Assembly (NCBI GenBank): GCA_050736975.1
Contig: JBOHXL010000016.1
Span: forward strand, 2,208 to 66,207
DNA: 64,000 bases
Origin: Chthoniobacterales bacterium
GTDB taxonomy: Bacteria; Verrucomicrobiota; Verrucomicrobiia; Chthoniobacterales; UBA10450
Reading direction: 5' to 3'
Part shown: positions 56,100 through 63,160 of the stretch, one piece after another
How the letters are laid out: every line of letters begins with the position of its first letter
Numbering within the stretch: position 1 is the stretch's first letter
Translations under genes and position numbers: made by a program
The notes under the pieces: generated by a model
Told to the model about the DNA's origin: nothing
The model's database searches: none
What the model saw: the letters and a program-made list of their open reading frames with translations, nothing else

Positions 56100-56981
56100 T
56101 CACCTCTTGCGGGGTGACAACCGGCGCAGCGTCATCTTCCGGGCGTGGTGAAAAAGGTATTGCTGGGCGTAGCCGCCGTGTTCACCGAAATATTGTGCCG
56201 CGAAGGCGCGCAGTTGGCCGGCGGTCATCCTGCGTCGGCGCGGGAAATATCGCTCCCGCAGGACCCGCTCAATCCAGACGTCAATCGGGAAGGCCCGCAA
56301 CCGTTCGTAGGCGAAGAGCATGACGCAGTTCGCCACCTTGCGGCCGACGCCCGGCAAAGCGCAGAGCTGCGCCCGCAATTCGTCGTCGGATAGATCGGCA
56401 AGTCGATCGAGATTTACTTTCCCGCTGCAAATCAGCTGCGCGGTGGCAAGAAGGTTCTTTGCCCGGTAACCGAGGGCACAATCGCGCAGCTCCTTTTCAT
56501 TCAAGGCGGCAATCCGCGCCGGGGATGGATAAATATAAACCGTCCGCTCACCTAACGAACGCGGCTGGCCGAAGCGCTGGCGCAGGGTTTGCGAAATCTG
56601 CCGGATGTGGGCGACCCGCTTCACGGAGGAAGTGATAAAGGTGGCGAGACACTCCCAGCGTGGCTGGCGCATAATGCGGAGTCCGCGACAAAACTCCGCC
56701 GCGCTTTGCATCACCGGGTCGTTAGGCAAAGCTGCGCAAATTTCCCTCAGCGGGTGATCGAGCGAAAAATATCGCGCCACGGATCCTGGGAGGGTGTGCG
56801 ATCCACACACCGGCGAAGGCGACTCGCCCTCGCGAACGTGCAACACGCTCCCTCGCTCCTCCACGTAAATCGCCCGCTCCCCAATCGCTCCCACGAACCC
56901 CGCGCCTGACGATTCCCAATGAAACGTTTGTCCGGAGTCAAGCGTAAGGCCGAGGTCAAAATCGGGCGCCGGGATTTCCAT
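56100..56981 (-). CDS. 8-oxoguanine DNA glycosylase / HhH-GPD family N-glycosylase-lyase
   Basis: LDSGQTFHW (OGG N-domain) and HhH-GPD LCALPGVGRKVANCVMLF...FPIDVW. Start set at the internal ATG (MEIPAPDF). Confidence 0.8.
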   Translation of the reverse strand: MEIPAPDFDLGLTLDSGQTFHWESSGAGFVGAIGERAIYVEERGSVLHVREGESPSPVCGSHTLPGSVARYFSLDHPLREICAALPNDPVMQSAAEFCRGLRIMRQPRWECLATFITSSVKRVAHIRQISQTLRQRFGQPRSLGERTVYIYPSPARIAALNEKELRDCALGYRAKNLLATAQLICSGKVNLDRLADLSDDELRAQLCALPGVGRKVANCVMLFAYERLRAFPIDVWIERVLRERYFPRRRRMTAGQLRAFAAQYFGEHGGYAQQYLFHHARKMTLRRLSPRKR

Positions 56982-57033
56982 TACCTGCACAATAGCATTT
57001 GCGCGCCGCGCGAATTCTGGCAGCAAACAACCA

Positions 57034-58662
57034 GTGGACCTGCGCCTGTTGATCGACTCCGGAGTCCTGCTCCTCTACTTTTTCATCATCATCTTCATCG
57101 GCCTCTACATGGGCCGGAAGGAGGACAACCTCGAAGACTTTGCGCTGGGCGGCCGGCGCATTCCCTGGTGGGCTGTGCTCGCTTCCATCATCGCGGCCGA
57201 AACCAGCGCCGGCACCTTTTTTGGCACGCCGGGGGAAGGCTTCGCGCTCCGCAATTACACTTATCTCCAGCTCGCGCTCGGCACCATTCTCGCCCGTATC
57301 CTCGTCAGCTACATCTTCATCAAACCCTATTACGACTACAAGGTCTTCTCGATCTACGAGTACCTGACCGCGCGTTTCGGGACGCGGACGAAGAACGCCG
57401 CCTCCGCTGTTTTCATGATCACGCGTCTGCTGGCCTCGGGCGCTCGGCTCTACGTCGGCGCGATCGCGCTCGCGCTCGCCTACGAAATGATCAGCGGGGT
57501 GCGGCCGAGCCCGAGTCAAACGCTCCAGATTTACGTCTTTTCCACGATCGCGATCGTGATCCTGACCGCGATTTACACAACTTTAGGCGGGATCAAGGCC
57601 GTGATCTGGACCGACTTCATCCAGGCTTCGATCATGTTCGGCAGCGCCCTGGTCGCCGTGGGCTTGCTCTACTTTTCCATCCCCGGCGGGTGGCATGAAA
57701 TCGTCGCGCGCACCGGCGGATTTCATCTGCACGATTTTCTCACCACCGGGCTCGATCCGGCGAAACACGGCTGGCAAAAAATCGTTGGCATGTTCGGGAT
57801 CGAATACACGATTTTTGCCGGTCTCTTTGGCGCCACTTTCATCACCATGGGAACGCACGGCACCGACCAGGACATGGTGCAACGAATGCTGACCGCGCCC
57901 GACGTGCGGCGGAGCCGGCGCTCGCTCATTGTCTCCGGCCTGGCCGATATTCCAATCGCCTTCACCTTCCTCAGCATCGGCCTGCTCCTCTGGGTCTACT
58001 ACCAGGCGCACCCGGATCCGACCCTGCCGAAAACGCCTAACGAGACCTTTTGTCATTTCATTCTTTACCAGATGCCGGTCGGTCTCCGTGGCCTGCTCAT
58101 TGCCGGCATCTTTGCCACCACCATGGGCTCGCTCAGCACGGCCTTGAACGCGCTCGCGACCAGCTTTACCCGCGATTGGTATCAGCCCTATGTCAATCCC
58201 GGGGCGAGCGAGAAACAAAGTCTGCGCGCCGTGCGCTGGGCGACGGTCGGCTTCGCCATCCTCATGATCGTGGTCGCCTCCGCCACCTCCTATTGCGTGA
58301 TCGTCCTGCCTAACGTCCGCATCATCCCGATCGCGCTCGGTATCTTTGGTTATACCTATGGCTCGTTGCTGGGCATTTTCTTCTGCGGCATGCTGACGAA
58401 ACGCCGCGGAAGCGACCGGGCCAACCCGCTCGCCATGATCCTGGGTTTCCTCTTCGTCGCCCTGATCAGCAATCTGCCTAACGAGATTGCGCGTATCTTC
58501 GGGACGAAACTTTACGTCCCGCCAGCCTGGCTCCCGATCATGGAATTCCCCTGGTGGATCTGCTTTGGGACGATCGTCACTTTTCTGGTCGCGATCTTGT
58601 TTCGGACAAGCGAAGCGCAACTGGCCGGGAACCGCCGGGACGCCACCGCCTCGACGCGTTAG
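57034..58662 (+). CDS. sodium:solute symporter (SSS) family transporter
   Basis: 542 aa with GTG start, about 13 TM helices, and GGRRIPWWAVLASIIAAETSAGTFFGTPG typical of the SSF family. Confidence 0.85.
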   Translation: MDLRLLIDSGVLLLYFFIIIFIGLYMGRKEDNLEDFALGGRRIPWWAVLASIIAAETSAGTFFGTPGEGFALRNYTYLQLALGTILARILVSYIFIKPYYDYKVFSIYEYLTARFGTRTKNAASAVFMITRLLASGARLYVGAIALALAYEMISGVRPSPSQTLQIYVFSTIAIVILTAIYTTLGGIKAVIWTDFIQASIMFGSALVAVGLLYFSIPGGWHEIVARTGGFHLHDFLTTGLDPAKHGWQKIVGMFGIEYTIFAGLFGATFITMGTHGTDQDMVQRMLTAPDVRRSRRSLIVSGLADIPIAFTFLSIGLLLWVYYQAHPDPTLPKTPNETFCHFILYQMPVGLRGLLIAGIFATTMGSLSTALNALATSFTRDWYQPYVNPGASEKQSLRAVRWATVGFAILMIVVASATSYCVIVLPNVRIIPIALGIFGYTYGSLLGIFFCGMLTKRRGSDRANPLAMILGFLFVALISNLPNEIARIFGTKLYVPPAWLPIMEFPWWICFGTIVTFLVAILFRTSEAQLAGNRRDATASTR

Positions 58663-58982
58663 GGCTTGTCGATCTCCGGCGGCTTACGCCAGAAAAAGAG
58701 CAGGTATCCGGTCCCGATCCAGAGAATCCAATAAAGAAGGTTGAGCAGGATCGCGGAAGTCAACCCCAACTAGCTCTTGCGTACGCTGAGATAATGCTGC
58801 GTCGGCAATGATCGCGCCGCTTCCGGAATCGCCCGCAACGCGTCCAATGTTCCGACCCCGACGTTGGATTCCAGAAGCATCATCCCCAAGTAAGCCAGCA
58901 TCCCACAGGTATAGATCGTGAAGGCGAAAAGCTTCATCCGAAGCCCCGCCTGATGCAGGAAGTAATAAATCCCGACCACCAT
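58659..58982 (-). pseudogene. small membrane-protein reading frame interrupted by an in-frame TAG (58770-58772); possibly two short genes or a decayed gene
   Basis: The 70-aa ORF MVVGIYYFLHQ...SVRKS* continues in the same frame as LGLTSAILLNLLYWILWIGTGYLLFFWRKPPEIDKP*. A hydrophobic helix also runs upstream of the ATG, up to a TGA. Confidence 0.35.
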
Positions 58983-59261
58983 CGCGAAAGTGATGGCGAT
59001 GACCTGCGCAAAATCGCTGCTGATGTTTTGCCCGCAGGAGCGACCCAGTTCAGGAGATCGATCTCAGAGATGGCCAGCATTTTACCCGAGGTAAGCCGCG
59101 ACGATCCCGTTCGTCAACCAAAGCCGCCTCGGCGGGATCGAGCCTTTCACGGTTCTGCTAAACCCGACGGACGTCATGGCGGGTGCGATGAACCGACACT
59201 CGAGATCGTTTTTCTGCGCCATTTACACAACGGGATCATTATCGTTAGTGTCGCCAGCGCT

Positions 59262-60659
59262 ATGACCGCCGTTGCTGAACCCGAAGACGCCGCCCCGCTC
59301 GGCGAGGAAGATCACGTTCCCGATTTTCTCGGGCACCCGCGCGGGCTTTGGTATCTCGCCTTCACCGAGGCGTGGGAACGTTTCTCCTACTACGGCATGC
59401 AGGCGCTGCTTGTCCTTTACATGGTCAAGTATCTCCTTCTGCCGGGGCACATCGAGCACGTCATCGGCTTCGAAAGTTATCGCCGGGTTTACGGCGGTGT
59501 CAGCGGTCAGGCGCTCGCGTCTGCTATTTTCGGTACTTACTCCGCCTGCGTTTATCTCACGCCGATCTTCGGCGGTTTCCTGGCCGATCGTCTGCTCGGC
59601 CGGCGCCGGACGGTTCTGCTCGGTGCCCTCACCATGGCGGCCGGGCATTTCCTGATGGCCTTCGAGGGAGCGTTTCTTTTCGCGCTTCTTTGCCTCGTGC
59701 TCGGCTCCGGGATGTTCAAGGGCAATATCTCCAGCCAGGTCGGCTCACTTTATAAACCGGACGATCTGCGCCGGGCCGATGCCTTCCAGATCTTTTACCT
59801 CGGCATCAACGCCGGCGTCATCCTTTCGCCGCTCGTCGTCGGCACGCTCGGAGAACTTTGTGGCTGGCACTATGGCTTTGCCGCCGCCGGGGTCGGGATG
59901 CTTATCGCCATCGTCATCTATCTTTCCGGCCAGAAATACCTGCGCGCCGGTGAGATGGAAGCACGGGCCGTCGCCGCCGCGCCCCGGGTGAAGCTCACCG
60001 CGCGCGATTGGCGCGCCGTCATCGCGCTCATCCTGCTCATCCCGGTGCTCGCCGTCGCGTTCGTGCCTAACAATCAAATCTTCAACGCCTACCTCGTCTG
60101 GGGCGACCAACGGTTCGACCTCGTCTTTCTCGGCAGAAAACTTCCGACCACGTGGCTGATCACCTTCGACGCCATCGTCAGCGTGAGCTTCCTTGCTCTC
60201 GTCACGATTTTTTACCGCTGGTATGGGAAGCACTGGCGCGAGCCGGACGAAGTCACCAAGCTCGTCATCGGCTCCGCCTTCTCCATCGGCGGCATGCTCT
60301 GCCTTTTCATGGCTGCGGCGACCACGAGCGCGGGTCACAAGATCGGACTCTTCTGGCCGGTCTGCTTTCACATTGTTAACAGCATCGGCTTCGCCCACCT
60401 CCTGCCGATCAGCCTCGCGCTCTTCGCCAAGTACGCGCCGAAGGCGGTCAACGCCACCATCATCGGCCTCTACTTCCTCGCCTTCTTCTTTGCTAACAGC
60501 CTTGTCGGCTGGGTCGGCGGCTTCTACCAAACGATGCCGACCACCACCTTCTGGCTCATGCACGTCGGCTTCGCCGCAGGCTCAGGGCTGTGCTTCGTCA
60601 TCTTCAAGTTTTTCGTCGGACACCATCTCGAAGCCGAGCAGCAAGAAGTTGCAAACTGA
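59262..60659 (+). CDS. proton-dependent oligopeptide transporter (POT/PTR2, DtpT-like) of the MFS
   Basis: GHPRGLWYLAFTEAWERFSYYGMQALLVLYM and FGGFLADRLLGRR POT signatures. Start at ATG 59262. Confidence 0.85.
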   Translation: MTAVAEPEDAAPLGEEDHVPDFLGHPRGLWYLAFTEAWERFSYYGMQALLVLYMVKYLLLPGHIEHVIGFESYRRVYGGVSGQALASAIFGTYSACVYLTPIFGGFLADRLLGRRRTVLLGALTMAAGHFLMAFEGAFLFALLCLVLGSGMFKGNISSQVGSLYKPDDLRRADAFQIFYLGINAGVILSPLVVGTLGELCGWHYGFAAAGVGMLIAIVIYLSGQKYLRAGEMEARAVAAAPRVKLTARDWRAVIALILLIPVLAVAFVPNNQIFNAYLVWGDQRFDLVFLGRKLPTTWLITFDAIVSVSFLALVTIFYRWYGKHWREPDEVTKLVIGSAFSIGGMLCLFMAAATTSAGHKIGLFWPVCFHIVNSIGFAHLLPISLALFAKYAPKAVNATIIGLYFLAFFFANSLVGWVGGFYQTMPTTTFWLMHVGFAAGSGLCFVIFKFFVGHHLEAEQQEVAN

Positions 60660-60779
60660 ACAGCGAAGGAATTCCCGGCGAAAAATACAACTTTCGCATA
60701 CAGTCGGTTGAGACTTGAAATGTCGCTTAGGATTGAAATCGACTGAACCAGCCGGTTCTTTGCGTCACGAGACGAACAC

Positions 60780-61583
60780 ATGGCAAAAATAACATACAAG
60801 GTACCAGCGGACCTGAAGGAGAACGTGTCGGACGTGGAGGCTCTGGTAGAAGAATTCGTAACTACTTGTTCGCCGCTCGAAAAATCACGGCTGTTCGTTA
60901 TGGTAGATGCGCGAACTGGCGCTCAATATTGCGAATGTCATATCCGCGCGCGCAGACTCGTTGACCTAGCGACGATCGACGTGCCGCTCGATCCGGACGA
61001 GCAGCCCGAGTATCGAGCGAATCGTGAAATGGTCGAAGACGCAGTCGCTTTCCAGAAAATGAAAGATGACGCCAGAGAGCGAAGGACCTTCAGCAACCTA
61101 GTCGCGGAATTCACGACCAATTTCGACAGCGAGCATCCGTTGAAGATAATTGGCGGGCAGCACCGGTTCACAGCGATAGAAGAGGCTTTGGCTGAAGCGA
61201 TCGACGAATATCACGGGCTCAAGGTTTACTTCGGCTTGACCACGGACCAGCGCTTAGACGTTCAGCTCATTTCGAATACAAACATTGCCGCGTCCTCAGA
61301 TCTTTTCGATCGAATGCAGGAAACGCAGGCCGGTCCCGAACTTCGTGACTGGTGTCAGCAATGTGGATTTCTCGAGGAGAATCAGGACTTTGCTGACAAG
61401 CGGCGGCGCGGAAGTGCGATGACAGTTCGCGCGGCACGGACCTTCATCCTTAATTATTATCGAGGCGTGGCGGTAAAGTCGAATGATTTCGGGATTATCC
61501 CCTTTACACAGGTAAGACTTGCGCCACATTGCGGCGACAGGGCAGCGCGCTTTTGGGCGTTCTGGCGGCGCTTTGTCTTCTAG
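60780..61583 (+). CDS. ParB/Srx-superfamily-like protein with a GGQHR (DGQHR-like, DndB-type) motif; C-terminus possibly non-native
   Basis: 267 aa. HPLKIIGGQHRFTAIEEAL resembles the ParB N-terminal/DGQHR catalytic-arginine motif. The gene sits in AT-richer DNA. Its last ~25 codons run into GC-richer sequence and overlap the convergent gene by 4 nt. Confidence 0.5.
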   Translation: MAKITYKVPADLKENVSDVEALVEEFVTTCSPLEKSRLFVMVDARTGAQYCECHIRARRLVDLATIDVPLDPDEQPEYRANREMVEDAVAFQKMKDDARERRTFSNLVAEFTTNFDSEHPLKIIGGQHRFTAIEEALAEAIDEYHGLKVYFGLTTDQRLDVQLISNTNIAASSDLFDRMQETQAGPELRDWCQQCGFLEENQDFADKRRRGSAMTVRAARTFILNYYRGVAVKSNDFGIIPFTQVRLAPHCGDRAARFWAFWRRFVF

Positions 61584-62383
61584 GTTGCGGTGTTGTAGCC
61601 GCGTTGCGAGATCATGGTCGCGCTTCCGTCGGCGCGATGATATTCGGCGCAGAATCTTGTTTCCCTCTCACCGAAATCATCACGGTAAAACAGCAGACCA
61701 ACGATATAAATTCTTTGTTTGGACGGAAGAGGATGAGTTTCTTCGCTGTCGAATGGGATAGTTTGCCCCGCTTGAACAGTGAGTTCCTCAGTGACTGCAA
61801 TGCCTTCCGCTGGCGGCGATTCTGGCAAGGGATGTTCTGTTGGGAAATAGGTCATCTGTCTAGAATAGATAGTGCCAGGTATATGGCCGTTATTGGTTAC
61901 CTTGAAAAGGTAACGGAAGTGTCCGCTATCAAGTGGGACAAAAGTGAAGGAACTGATGTAAATTCTAGCTCTTTCCAAGACAAGCAAACTCTTCTCGGCT
62001 ATTTCGGCGCTCTTCAACGCAGCATCAGCCGACGTTCTCTCAGCGGACACTTGCTCCTTGATTGCGGTAAGTGTGCGATTAGCAATGATGATACCGAAAA
62101 TTCCCACGATCGCCAGAATCAAATTGGGTATGTTTTCTGGCGCGATGAGTTTATACCAAACGCACTTAGGTTTTTTGCCGGATGGGGCGGTCTTATTTTC
62201 GGTTGGTTGATCCTGAATCGAGCTGGCTACGAATGGCGAGACAGTCGCCCTTGTGGGATTATTGGCATTTGTTTTATCGTTTTGGGCGGAGCGCTCTTGT
62301 TCGCTCCGTTCCCCTGGTGTGGATGATGGAACCTGAGCGAGCGCTGAGCCGACAATGAAAATCAAGGTCAACAACCATTTCAT
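61580..62383 (-). CDS. membrane-anchored hypothetical protein (signal peptide, low-complexity linker, TM helix, coiled segment, beta-rich C-domain)
   Basis: MKWLLTLIFIVGSALAQV leader and TM NLILAIVGIFGIIIA. Preferred over the overlapping +strand ORF 61529-62326, whose Cys/Trp/Arg-rich translation looks like an antisense shadow. Confidence 0.5.
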   Translation of the reverse strand: MKWLLTLIFIVGSALAQVPSSTPGERSEQERSAQNDKTNANNPTRATVSPFVASSIQDQPTENKTAPSGKKPKCVWYKLIAPENIPNLILAIVGIFGIIIANRTLTAIKEQVSAERTSADAALKSAEIAEKSLLVLERARIYISSFTFVPLDSGHFRYLFKVTNNGHIPGTIYSRQMTYFPTEHPLPESPPAEGIAVTEELTVQAGQTIPFDSEETHPLPSKQRIYIVGLLFYRDDFGERETRFCAEYHRADGSATMISQRGYNTAT

Positions 62384-62446
62384 CGCTGCACAGAATGCCG
62401 AAACGGATTGTATTGACCAGCAAAAAACCGCAGGTAATGCTGCGAA

Positions 62447-63160
62447 ATGCTCAAAAACAAGTTCCTCGCGATTGTGCTCACGATTGGGAGTTTTCTGGCG
62501 TGGATTATTACCATGCTGGCCTTCTTCGGCATCGATGCGAAGTCAATAAAAGATCAAATGACATCTCACTACATTTTCTTGGTGTCTGCCGTTACTTTCT
62601 TCTGCATGTTCGTATGGGGTATATCACTTGTTCGGAAAAGCTTGCGCTTCACGCCACAGAATGCCGAGCGGAAAATACGCGGATGGCTCGACAATTTTGG
62701 TTACAGTCATCGCTTGTCTCCTTGGGAACCTTGGTATTTTGGACTTGAGGTCACGCTTAATCGCGGACCATTACTGTTTATTGCCCGCCCGAGAGCGCGA
62801 GCCGATCAATTACTATTCTTAGGCAAAATTACTGCTATTGCTCCTCAACAACGTGCGGCATTTACTGCATTATCCGAGTTGGAAAAAGAGAAGTTTTATA
62901 GCCAGGTAAGACTAGAAACTGCACGTGCTAAGATTATCTTTAATAGCGATCCCTTACTTGATCAAGTAAGCATCGAGAAATGGGTTCCAATTACTCCTAA
63001 ATTTACGGCATCAGCTCTGATAGAGGCCGTGAACGAAGTCTATTTTTCGGCAAATATCATTTGGTCTACTATCACCCTTCGCCTTGGCCTGCCACCGCTG
63101 CCTATGCTGCCTTCGTCAGCTCCTGATACGGGAGTTTCGCCGCCTTCACAAGTTTCGTGA
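62447..63160 (+). CDS. 2-TM membrane protein with a cytoplasmic YbjN/T3SS-chaperone-like-looking domain; 3' end overlaps the IS1595 transposase gene
   Basis: Two N-terminal helices (FLAIVLTIGSFLAWIITMLAFF, IFLVSAVTFFCMFVWGISLV) followed by RGWLDNFGY...FGLEV...LLFIARP...LLFLGKI.... The last ~20 codons (Pro-rich) are antisense to the transposase C-terminus. Confidence 0.45.
   Translation: MLKNKFLAIVLTIGSFLAWIITMLAFFGIDAKSIKDQMTSHYIFLVSAVTFFCMFVWGISLVRKSLRFTPQNAERKIRGWLDNFGYSHRLSPWEPWYFGLEVTLNRGPLLFIARPRARADQLLFLGKITAIAPQQRAAFTALSELEKEKFYSQVRLETARAKIIFNSDPLLDQVSIEKWVPITPKFTASALIEAVNEVYFSANIIWSTITLRLGLPPLPMLPSSAPDTGVSPPSQVS

Noticed and set aside
1380-58484. Interpreting the iterated SCCTAACGA word as a Chi- or KOPS-like polar signal oriented by replication.
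   Set aside because: Orientation counts show no skew. Left of the dnaA/oriC region there are 17 CCTAACGA against 13 TCGTTAGG, and right of it 3 against 3. Relative to the coding strand the split is 19 against 14. A polar recombination or FtsK-guiding signal should be strongly biased and should flip at the origin.
1380-58484. Interpreting the iterated word as a by-product of a common peptide motif or codon bias.
   Set aside because: It is translated in five different ways (PNE/D, LTx, SLG, xVR, R-stop) on both strands and also occurs intergenically. It uses rare codons for a GC-rich genome (TTA, AGG, CTA, TAG), which is the opposite of what codon bias would generate.
61529-62326. A +strand 265-aa ORF in the island, considered as an alternative to the minus-strand gene 61580-62383.
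   Set aside because: Its translation is Cys/Trp/Arg/Phe-rich without coherent domains. The minus-strand product has a signal peptide, a TM helix and an ordered-looking domain. Only one of the two can be real.
61505-62975. Recurrent CAGGTAAGA / CAAGTAAGC strings (61507, 62904, 62963) resembling eukaryotic 5' splice sites or group II intron boundaries.
   Set aside because: There are only three loose occurrences, inside ORFs of an AT-richer region. No intron-encoded protein or domain V/VI-like structure lies nearby. This is consistent with chance.
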